This document shows, one piece after another, positions 1 to 11,800 of a stretch of DNA of 64,000 bases. This DNA is from Antedon mediterranea (Eukaryota > Animalia > Echinodermata). Position 1 is the stretch's first letter. Each line of letters begins with the position of its first letter. Below the pieces are notes generated by a model that was given only the letters and a program-made list of their open reading frames with translations, made no database searches and was not told where the DNA came from. The stretch is taken from NCBI RefSeq assembly GCF_964355755.1, contig NC_092672.1, positions 2,604,001 through 2,668,000 of the forward strand. The letters run 5' to 3'. Made by a program: the position numbers and the translations under genes.

Positions 1-627
1 CAGGTCCACCGCCCTGATTGACGATGACAAGGTGTTGTAGTTACTATAATAAAAGCATTCAGACAAAAAATATCCCTACTCAACTATATTACCAATAACA
101 AAATTTAAATCAGTTAAGCAAAAAGTAAATTGGGACTGGACCATTTTAGAGGTGCTTACCACCTGTTGGTCCTATCCTTCATTAATTATATTACCGTAAG
201 TGTTTTGTATGTTCTATACATTTTAGTGAGAAGTAAGTTAAATAAATTTTTTTTAAAGCCATGCTAAACTAAGAGATTTTCATTTTGTGGCAGCTGTAAT
301 AACGAGTATTAATAAAGTTTACAAAACCAGAACTATTGAAAATAATATTGACATTTGCCATTTAAATTAAAACGGTAATTCTGTACGATGTTTGTGCATT
401 ATTTTCAACCATTAAATAACTAACTGGTTATATCATTAATATCAATTTGTAATATGATATTAGTTATTATTATAATGGATTGCATACTGACGTAAAACGA
501 ATGATATATCCATACTTAACAGTAAACATGATACATTATAAAAATTGTTTACTCGAAAATTTATAATTAAAAGTGATCGATAAATTCTATTTTAAGGTAA
601 TTGTAAATAATTTTAAAGATGATATTA

Positions 628-1110
628 TATAGGACGATATCAGTAATATGAAATCAGTTACATTTCTTTAACAATTAACGGTGTTTCTAAATAAAAGTCA
701 TCAATAGATTCTATTTAAACAATTTTAAAGAAATATGATCATAACATTTTAAAAAGGACGACATTAATAATATGAAATCAGTTACACATTTCTTTAACAA
801 TTTGAACAGTTTTTTGAAGTAATCGATTTCAAGAAAATTTTAAACAATTTAAAAGAAATATGGTAATATAGGACGCTATCAGTAATATGAAATTAGTTAT
901 ATTTCTGTAACAATTAACAGTGTTTCTAAATAAAAGTCATCAATAGATTCTATTTAAACAATTTTAAAGAAATATGATCATAAAATTTTTAAAACGACGA
1001 CATTAGTAAATATGAAATCAGTTACATTTCTTTAACAATTTGAACAGTTTTTTGAAGTAATCGATTTCAAGAAAATTGTAAACAATTTAAAAAAGAAATA
1101 TGGTAATATA
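628..1110. repeat. Tandem duplication of about 240 bp, made of two related ~120-bp subunits (ABAB)
   Basis: aatatgaaatcagttacatttctttaacaatt recurs four times with alternating downstream sequence. Confidence 0.8.
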
Positions 1111-3089
1111 ACTTGATGACAATGTTATCCCAACTTGTTACAGCACCAGTTACAGTTACTGCAGTAACTACATCTTTTAAAACCTTACTCTAGTGGTTCA
1201 TTATGTCTATATTGAAAGTAAGGTACTGCAGTAACTGCAGTACTACCTGTAGTACAATTTAACGTAATCTCTAACAAGTGAGTGTGTGCAAACACCAATA
1301 ATAGTTTTTAATCTTAAATAATTAGTGTGACAGATGAATTAGATTTCTGAAGAACTTGTTAAAAGATTACACAGTAGCTACAGTAAATAAATAAACTAAA
1401 TAAACCTGCCTGTTTGCTTTGTTTTAGAGGAAATTATACAAGCCACAAATGCCTTTGTAAACTAACCTGCCTCCAGCAGTGCGCCTTATTTACACCTCTT
1501 CTATACAATTATTTTGTTTCCGGTATTAACAGGCATTGTCTGTCTCTTCTAAGAAATTGACAGCAGTTACGTCAAACTGTCATAGATTTTAAATTATTTT
1601 CTGTGTTATTTATCACAATTAGCATTCTGCCACCATCAAACAGAACAATTTAAAAAAAAAACAATTAAAAAATCTAGGTTACCTCCACCACTTCAAAAAT
1701 AATGTTTACTACAAACAATGCCACAAAAGGATAAGAAGTGTTATTGTACTATGTAGCATTCATCTTGAATTTAAAAAGGATTTTGTAGCATTGACACCAG
1801 TAGAATGCCATTTGTGTGGAGTACCATTAGAGAAGTGTTTATAAGAGGGTTAAAGGTATTCATACTTTGCCCTCTACTCTTGTAGCCAGGGTAATCTAGT
1901 GAATTGTGTATGAATGATTCTCACACTATTAACTTTAAGCTTGGTAGCATGTAGACATATTTAGACAAGGGAAAATTGAGAGAAAATAGTGAGAAAATGG
2001 AAAATACATATGGGGTGATGTCATATAATCACCATATTTGGGCACATCACACTTTTTTCTCAAACTAGTTTGATAGTGTAGACAGAGCTTTAAGAAGAGG
2101 TCATCGAGCAATGACAATTCATTTTATACTCATTGTTAAAGTCACAAAATGGATTAGTAAAGACGAGTCAAGTAGAAATATAGGTATCTTGTCTTGACAA
2201 TGGATTTAAAAAAAAATAAACAAAACAGTTATTGATGCAGTGATTGAAATTATACTGTTTAGTCAACCTTGTATTGGATTGACTAATAGGTACAGTAATT
2301 TGAATGTTTTACCATGATGTAAAGAGTGATTGGGAAAAACGTCTTCCAAAGAAAAAGTTGAAATTTGAAAAGTGTTAGTACTGTACTTGTCTCATTTTCA
2401 TTAGACAATAAAACAAGATATTTTAGGGAGTTGCTCCGGAGTTGACATGTTGACATGAGATACAACCTTCTGAAGAATATAGATTTGTATCTAAATTTAA
2501 TTATCAAAAAATCTCTTAGCATAAAAGACAGTAGGTCAATGATGGTCAAAGAATGATACAGTACTTTCAGTTCCTTAAATTCAGGTATGGTCACGGTTAC
2601 CACATTTTAAGGAAGTCAAATTCTTTGTTAGTATTTACTCAGGAATGATGTTGTTACCACAGAAAGAAACATAGTTCATAGGACTCAGCTCAGGAGTGGT
2701 GTTACCACAAGTGAGCCACAGGTATTTTTTACCTGTTGTTGCTCTGTAAATAATGATCTATTTGCAGAGTACTGTATGTGATCATCCCATCATCTCATTT
2801 TGGTAAACTAGGTGGGGGTCTAACATAATTAAGTTGGTATGGTATACAGTACTTAGAAATCTGTTGGAGGATTAATAGTAAACATGTAATGCTGGGCTAA
2901 AATTCAATTAATCATTTTTTAATATGATAATCTTGGGAATGTTGGGATAAAGAATTGTATGATGTCTTTCTTCAACAATAAAATGTTTGGAACACACCAA
3001 GACGTACAGTACTGTTATACATTATGATTGAATTTTTGTGTATGGTCTCATGCTTTGTCTACTCTCTTTCCTCACGCTTTTGCTTGGCT

Positions 3090-3385
3090 CCTCCTATCAC
3101 CCCTGCCAACCCATATTATCACCCCTGCCCCACCCTTTTATCACCCCTTCGCCATCCCTCTTATCACCCTTGTTCTACCCCTTGCATCACCATGCTCAAC
3201 CCCTCTTATCACCCCTGCCCCATCCTATTCACCACTGCCCCACCCCTCTTATCATCCCTGCCTATCCCTTTTATCACCCTTGCTTACCCCTCTTATCCCT
3301 GTTCCACCCTCTTATCACCCAATCCCCAACCCTCTTATGGCATGTCCCACCCCTCTTATCACCCCTGCCCCACCCCTTTTATACC
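3090..3385. repeat. Degenerate ~22-bp C-rich minisatellite (ccctcttatcacccctgcccca)
   Basis: Read directly; explains the three overlapping ORFs. Confidence 0.85.
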
Positions 3386-5116
3386 TAACAGTCAATATCC
3401 TCACTCTTTGCCAATCTTTCTCACATTGCTGTTTGTGAATTGACGTCTTTACGTGTCATCTGTGTTTAATGTTTATCATTAAACCACACCTCATTTACTA
3501 CTGTACTGCCGCGTAGAGTAGAAAAACAGAAACTAAAGAGAAAGTACGTAAAATGTTAAGTAGGAAAATAACAACTAAGGGACATTAAGTGATATGAACC
3601 CAAGGGAAGCAAAACAGAACAGTAGCAAATCCCTTTTTACATTTCAATATTAAATCTTTTGTTATTTTGGAACTTACTATTTAAAGTTAACAATATAGTA
3701 ACATTACATACCTATTTGAATATTAAGCAGATAGCTATGTTTTCAAGAAAACCCAGAAGCCGAGAATAAAAGTTATAACATAGAATAATGTACTGTAAAA
3801 CCACCTTTATTCTCCACAAAACAATACACTACTACTGTATACCATATTTCGTAGAAACACCCGTCGGATGCTAAACCTACGATAAATAAAAGATCAAACA
3901 AGGTCGAATTGAAGTTGAAATAATAGATAGCAGTTAACCTTAAAAATAAGAAAACATGAAAAACACAAAATTTAAGAATATTTTAATGATGAAATCAACA
4001 ACAATTTGGAGTCTAATTATCTATTTAAAAGCCCATAAAAGGGTAAGTGACAAAAGGCCTGTCAAATTGTATTGACAATCTAACTACAGAGTAAATGAAC
4101 TTAATTCACCTATGAAATCAAACAACTACTGTACATATATACTATGTAAACAGTTTAATCTCTGGTGTGTATCCGGTACTAGAACTATTCATAAACATAT
4201 GAACATTGGAGTATTAAAATATTGTCCAGTATTTTCACTTTAGACAGAAATCATATGTGATACACAGGCTAAAGCCCAGAAGCTTTTTTATAGACAATTT
4301 CAAATACTAGAGCACATCACATTTTTTTGTCAGATAAAGTTTTATAGTGTAGACAGAGCTTAAGACTTGTATTCATACTTTATTAGCCCCAAAACGGCTG
4401 AATATGATTTGGTACATACTGTAACAAGAAGAATCTAACACACCAATCAAAACCTGCGACTCAGGTGGTAACCTTTACCATGTGCTTAAATTTTGTTAAA
4501 ACCCATGGTTAAACTAAACCGCATGAAAGTATCAAAAGTGCGAACAATATTTAAATTTACCGGTGACCTTTGGTAAAGTTACCATGGTTAAATACCATTT
4601 TTTAAGTCCATTGCGAACAAGGCTTAAGGCTTTTGGTCAGATCCCTGTTAGTGCCTGAATATCACAGGTAATACAGACTATCGTATTTGAACAAAACTTA
4701 GATACACTTTATCCTAGGAATATCTTCTATTCCATCTATCGAAACAAAGCATTCAACTGATTGCTTAGATTTTATTATTTTTCTATGAAAACTGAAGGAC
4801 AAATTCATCTTGGTTGTCTGACATTTTGCTTTGACAAGACATTATCTATAATTGTAATAAAATCCCCCTGTCTTATCCGGTTAAAGTTAATAGTTAAGTG
4901 ATATGCATATGTGTTCAGGTAATATTAAAATGACCCTGGCATTGAAATCTTGATTACAATCTCACTTGGAAGGAACTACACATCGGCAAGGTCAAGTTCA
5001 TGATTTCTTAAAAAATTATTGGATAGAAAGTGATTTCTTTTTGCTGCCTTATTGTATTTTACATGTTTTTCCCCTATTTTATTGGTTAAGATTAACATTG
5101 ACATCCCATAATATTA

Positions 5117-5256
5117 AGCTCTGTCTACACTATCAAACTTTATGTGAAAAAAAAAATGTGATGTGCTCATCATATGGACATGATGATGTTCACTACCATA
5201 TTTAAAGCATTTCACTACACTTTTTTTCAAACTAGTTTGATAGGGTAAACAGAGCT
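5117..5256. mobile_element. Harbinger/PIF-like MITE family A (type copy; about 15 copies in the window)
   Basis: TIR AGCTCTGTCTACACTATCAAAC, TTA flanks. Other copies: ~2007-2089, ~4310-4360, ~18370-18462, 20630-20769, 27139-27316, 31352-31500, 36704-36922, 37496-37648, 41085-41200, 41434-41494, 43920-44079, 46664-46810, 58160-58312, ~60389-60500. Confidence 0.85.
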
Positions 5257-5333
5257 TTAGAGTACCTGCGACTTTTAGGAACCAGTTAGTCGTGTGCTCC
5301 ACTTGCTTATAAACAGAGCATTAGTGTAGGCCT

Positions 5334-5437
5334 ATGTGTGGTTTTTATTTGTCTTCCATTAGTTGGGGTTTTATTCTCATTTTCTCTATTTGTTCTAGTT
5401 CTCATGCATTTTTTTCTTACTAATCATTTGAAAATAG
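5334..5437 (+). other. Candidate signal-peptide exon of the C3-like gene, containing an in-frame TAA at 5421-5423
   Basis: ATG frame reads MCGFYLSSISWGFILIFSICSSSHAFFSY*SFENR and ends AG|gtttgt in phase 2, matching the phase-2 acceptor at 5650. T-rich DNA can mimic a signal peptide by chance. Confidence 0.35.
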
Positions 5438-5649
5438 GTTTGTTTTTATTTTTGTTTTTTATTGATTTTGATCATATATTTATTTACTCAAATTAATCAT
5501 AATATTAATAGATAGTGAATGTGTGGCTAGTGTGAAAATAACTCCAAAGAACTATTAATGGAGATACTCAATTAATTGACCAATAATAATCCCAACACTC
5601 ACTGTACGGTCAAACTTTTGAGATAATACTAAATTTCATTTGTTTACAG

Positions 5650-5822
5650 ACCGACTTTATTCGTAACAGCGCCAAATGTGTTCCGTATCGGTGTTGAGGA
5701 AACAGTAGTAGTAAACGTATTAAACGTTAATGAGCCGATAGACGTCACGATCAACTTACAAGACCGGTCAAACGGCTCACCGCATGTCTACTCACACGTC
5801 ATATTGAAAGGAGTTAAGCCAG
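5650..5822 (+). CDS. C3: C3-like exon 1/35 (MG1)
   Basis: ttacag|A CCG...; PTLFVTAPNVFRIGVEETVVVNV; donor gtaggt. Confidence 0.88.
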
Positions 5823-8800
5823 GTAGGTGGTAGCTATATAACTGTCAATCACATGTTGACCAGAATGGTGTAAATAGGTTAATCTGTTAGAGATACTTAC
5901 TCTGAATTTTATATTTCTTTTAGCCTTTTTTAAACCTATTGTATATTTTTGAACTGTAGTTTTATTTGAGAAATATGTTTGTAAAATCGTTTAAGTGAGA
6001 ATTTTCGAATTGATTTGTAAAGGTCAAACTCACCAGTTATGAGATGCCATTCATCCCTATTTATTAACCTAGCAAAAATATTCCCATTTTAATAACAGTT
6101 TACAATTATCTACATGCTTATGTACTGTACACTATATTGATAGAAGATACACATGGGAGAATCCAGCATTATAGATTAGGCGGGTTGGGTGGGGAGGGGA
6201 TAAATATTTCATAAATGATTTAATAACGATATGTTGGGTTGCAGAAAAATAAAAATGGTCATTATTTTATTAAGGTTGTTTAGCCTCACTTAAATCCGCG
6301 CCTGATTCTGTAGTAAATGATACTATGATATCTAATATAAAATATTTGTTTAAAGGGTACACAAGGGTATAAAACGATCCTGTATGTTAAAACCTGTACT
6401 TTGTACTTCAAGGTACAGTACATATGACATAAACCATGTGAACCAACTATGTTTTGAAAAACATGAATGTTAATAACATTCTCATATAAACCTTGAACTT
6501 ACCAGTAAGGTAAGAACGAAATTCCATGGGCAAATAAAACAGGAGTGTTTGCGACCACATAACAAGCAGAACAATGTTCAGTACATGAAATTGTTGCAGC
6601 ATTATACAAAGGTATTGAACCAAATCGCAAGTGATACTTCATCACAGTGGGACTCACTCAATGAGTGCTCTATTAAAAGTTTGTAACAATGTAGCTTAGA
6701 CAATTCTGAGAGAGTAATTAGATAAATGTTGCCCTTTGTGTGACTGAGGAAAGTTCTCAATTTGAAATCAGAAATGTGTTTTGTGATATTTATAATATCA
6801 TTCCACCATAATAATACTATTCTGTTTAATTATGAAGAAAAAAATGCCTCCATGCGTTGTTCAAATATAAATGAACTCGTTAATTTAGCAAAACCCTATT
6901 AACACATGCCAGTTTTACCATGTTATATAAACTATTTAAGAGTAGTCCTACAGTACTTTCACAGATTTCCAACAATGCCTAGTTGTAGACGCATTACAGT
7001 GCACATTTTTTAGAAGATTAAAACTATTATAATAAGTGAGCTATACAATAAAATACACTAATGCATATAATCCCTGTGATTTAAGCATGCACAGAAGAAG
7101 AAACAGCCTGTCGTGAAAAAAAGTGAGGCAAGCATGATTCTATACTTCAAAATAAGTAATTTAAATGATCATAATATGGCGCCATTTCTAAAAAAATAGA
7201 TGAGAACGCATGATCAGTGCATGAACATTATAAAAAAGGTATTATAGCTGAATTGCTAGCATCCATCTCTTTTCTCCTATCTCTTTTTCCTTCTTTCACC
7301 CCTTTCTCTCTTATTATTCGATTCTAATATGCCAATTCACATCCTCAACAACGACTGATAAAATATATTTTCATAAGTTTTGTGTGTTCTGAGTTGCATC
7401 ATTCACACATGTGAATAATTCTTTTAACATGCCTTTTTTTTGGCTTAATGTTCACCCTAAATATAATACACAGTGATGTTAGGGAAGGAAAACTTGAATT
7501 TAATTCATTTTCAGTTATTAATTTTAGAAAGACGGAAAACATGAGAGTATTTGATAAGAGGTTCAATCATTGAAACATGACGCTTGTATACATAGGTTCG
7601 TTTACGTCATTTTTAGCTTTCTGAGAGGCAAACCAGTGGGTGATAATAAATCAATAAAAGAAATAAAACAACTCCTGGTAAAACGGTTTTGTAAGTTCAA
7701 TAATTAAAAGAGAAAACAAGTTCAATGAGTTTATTATATTGTAATGCTCTATCTAAAATATTCAGTCCATGTGTATGAACCAGCTACAGTACTACAGTAT
7801 GGTTAAATATACATTTTAGTCCATGTGTGTGAACAGAGTCTAAGACTCGACTGCTCATGGTTAAATATACATTTCAGTCTATGTGTGTGAACAGAGTTGA
7901 AGACTCAGCTACTCATGGTTAAATATACATTTCAGCCCATGTGTGTCATAATGGTCTGTAGAATTTAGTCCATGTGTAAACAGAGAGTTGAACTAGCTAC
8001 AGTACTCATATGGTCTGTAGACCTTATTCCACGTGTGAGTCAAAAAACCAGCTACTCAAGATTAAATACATTTCAGTCCATGAGTGTGAACAGAGAGTTA
8101 AATAATCATCTACAGTACTCATATGGTCTGTAGACTTCTGTTGTTTTGAGTCAAATAACCAGCTACTCGTCAGTCCATGTGTGTGAACAGAGAGTTGAAT
8201 AATCAGCTACTCATGGTCAGTAGACTTCAGTCCATGTGTGAGATTAGGTCTAATATTTATCATCCCACATGTAACTGTAATGAGCTGTAAAGGCTAAGAC
8301 CTAGGCTGTAGTTAATAGGGTCTCACTTGCTTCCAAAGTTTACATTATAGACCTAGTTTATTTCTTTAATTTATCACATGACTTCAAAATGGTAATTTGT
8401 AAAAGAAAACCACAAAATGCCCTGGAAGTCCACAAGGTACCAATGTCTCCTCCTACACATGGCCGACATTAAATGAACAAAATGAAATGCTAAGATTTTT
8501 TATTAGGAAAACCAGTATTACTATTAATCCCAAAAGTAAACTAAAATAAACCACAATGATTTTTTTGTCATCCATGCTTTACTGTAGAAAAACCATGCTG
8601 GAATTTTGCCATGAGATAAAATTCAAATAAACTTGATGTCAATAAACTGCTTAGGTCACGTTTAAGGTGTTTGCAGTGCATTCTTGTTTTGTATAAACAG
8701 CATTTTCCATTTTTTTTCTTTTTAAAGGGCTTGAGAATGAAACAGTAATGTTGACAAATTCATCTATTCCTAATAACACTCAACTTAACCAATAAAACTA

Positions 8801-11800
8801 GTTTACTACATTTAAACAACTTCCTCAATATTTAACATATTTTAAAAATTGGTCAAACTGTATATTACAATGTACAGTTTGGTACTAATTGACAGTTCAA
8901 GTATACACTGGTCAGGAATAGTGATAACAAACAAGTTTTAATCTCTCATAATTTCATTTTTAATCCATAAATTGGTTGCAATTATCTGAGTGTTGTTTTT
9001 ATTGAGCGTCGATGGAAATAAGGTCTTTAATAACATTTTCTGTGATTCAAACATTTTAAACACATTTTATTTTTCTTGATGTGTTTATATCACTTTCCAA
9101 CGACTCTAAATCTTATGAATATCATTAATGTGTAATTTAACATCAAATTAACTATGTCATAAATGTTAATTAGAAAAAGCAAAGAGACAAATAAACGAGG
9201 AAACAATAATTGAAAACATTCAGCAAACTTAAAGTTGTTTAAAGAATCTGCTGGGAAGATAGGAAGATTTTATGTGGCTTCAATTGAAATTGAAAAAAAA
9301 ATCTAAGACAGGAAATTAAAGATTACGATCACATGACCTTGTCTCTCCTTCATTTCTGAACCCCCACTAGTTGTTAGTCTGATGGTTTGTCCCCTTATCA
9401 GTTTTCAATGTGATTTGGCAGCGTACTTGATGATGGACTGTGAACCAAGCTGCATTTATGTTACTCTATCTCTCTGATAATTATAATCGGCTGTTTACAA
9501 TTACCAGTTTAAATTTCAATTTTTTTTTTTTATGTCTGATATAAGTCATGGAAATAGAATGTTATTATCGACTGACAAATTCAACAACATTTATTTTAAG
9601 GTCTCAAGCTTAAAAATAAAATTGCCGTAGGTGTATTAACTTAAATTTTCTTCTTAAACAATTGTTTTTTTATTTATTTTATTTATTTTATTCAATCGGA
9701 ACCAACAGCGATAATTACCGCCACTAACAGGTTTGATACAAACAAAGCCAGGACTGTTTAAAGCACCTTGATTGGTCCTAACATTGATCAAGGGCTTCTC
9801 TCGTCCAGTGCCCACCTTCTGTTGGAACCACCAGTGAGAGAGAGAGAGAAAAAAGCAAGCAAACAATAACTTTTAGCTCTTAAATACATTTGATGCAGTA
9901 GACCACCCCCTATTAAAAGGACACCTTTGGAACCTAACATAATGTAGTGTCTGTTATTAGGGTGTCCCTTGAATAGGGATTGCTCATAGTCTTTAAAAAC
10001 GTGCTCCCCTTTTTGATTCACATGAACGTGTTCCTTTAATTTTAGGATATCCACTGAATAGGGATGTCCCATAGGAAGGGTTACTGTAGGTTGTCTTGGG
10101 CACGTTTTTCCTACAATGCACCAATACCTAATTCACTCATAAACATTTTTTTTTTTAATGTTCTTTTCGTAATAAAAGACTTTTACAATAATCCTTTCAC
10201 TCAAAAAGTTCCTATAAATATCAAGTTCCCATCAGAGCCTAGTCAAGAGAGACTTTTCTGTTTTTATACGATTGAGACGTTCTGTCGTGTACACTTCCAC
10301 CTCTGGCCATTAGAAATTGTAACTCTCTGGGGTCAAAATTCACCATATCGGAGAACATAATGACTGCCTTAAATGTTATTGTGTATGACATTTCCCTTCT
10401 AATTAATACTAATACTTACATGTTCATTACGTTATTGTGTAACAGTTTTCAAACCTTCATATGTTTATTTGCATTTAATTCTAATATACAACACTTTGTG
10501 ACATTAAAATACAACTTACAGTAGCAACCAGAAATCGAGAGACAAATTCTGCTTTGTGGCAGCACTGTACACGATGTAGTACTGTATGTGCCATCCACAC
10601 CTGTGTGAAAGTCAGACGTGCAACTCATAAAGTCAAATATTATACAGTATTTGTGTGTCTGTACCTTTGTTGATTAAAGTGTTACTGTCTGTCTGCTTCA
10701 GGATTAAGTACATTTAAGTATTTAGGTGGGTCTTTATGACTATAATGCCATACAATTCCCAAAAGCTAATATTTTTACATTTTACCATAGTATTTTGTGA
10801 TCCTTAATTTGACTATTAAAAATTATATTTAAAATTTCTTTCATAAATATTTATACAGGTAGTGTGTTTTTGATTGACTGAAATTGATATAAATTCTGAA
10901 AACCATCAATATCATACATTACAGTATTCTACTAGTTTTTAAAAAAAAGTAAATAGTGTAGGGGTAAACTATGACGTTTCTGATGGGGTTTGGTTAGAAC
11001 ACTCCAACCGGATTATTAGGACATCATCATAAGACAATCCCATGAGATCTTAGGGCATAAGCCACAAGTTGTCACATTAAGCCAAGTAAAGAACATGACA
11101 TGTTCTTGGAAGGTGACAGGTTTTTACGTCAGCAAAATAAATAATAGTTTTTGTTGTACAATGAATGCATAAATACACATGGTGTACATACAATGGATGC
11201 ATTACACATGTTGTACAACTAAGTTTGAGCATAAATCAAAGTCTACTTGCTGTAGATTGTTATCAACTCATAACCCCTTGTTAATAATAGATTATGTATT
11301 GCACCCTAAATCAAACTACAGTATATGTGTATGTATATTGATCAAACAAAGTGATATATTTACATAACCTGTTTTTTTTTTTTATAATGCTTATCAGAAA
11401 GATGTTTTGCCCAAACTTTCATTCTGTTATAGTGTTATATTTTTTTTTGGGTAAATATTATGGCTTTGAAATAATATTTTGATCAAGAAAATACCACCCT
11501 TTTTGGGATTTTCCAAAACCTCCAGTGAGAGTGCAACAATGTGTTTTATTTCTTGATGAGAATAAAGTATTGTTCACATGGCAATGATTTTAAGTCTCCT
11601 CTAACAGTGATGGCATAGAGAATATTAATTGTTACATTTTTACCAAGCTTATGGACTACTGTAGTTTCTAGTCACTTGATCAATCAATCAATCAATTAAT
11701 CAACTTTATTTCAATCAACATTAAACAATATTACAGATGAGAGAGATATGATGAAAATTAAAATGATACACTAGTGAAGCTGTTCACAAAGCGTTCCTCT

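Noticed and set aside
150-195. Plus-strand exon ending at a gtaagt donor (196) as the C3 signal exon
   Set aside because: No nearby ATG in the phase-2 frame and no signal-peptide pattern.
2553-2584. ATG...AG|gtatgg phase-2 mini-exon as the C3 first exon
   Set aside because: Phase-compatible, but MIQYFQFLKFR is too short and polar for a signal peptide.
3024-3443. Three overlapping Pro-rich ORFs
   Set aside because: Translations of a C-rich minisatellite that is open in all frames.
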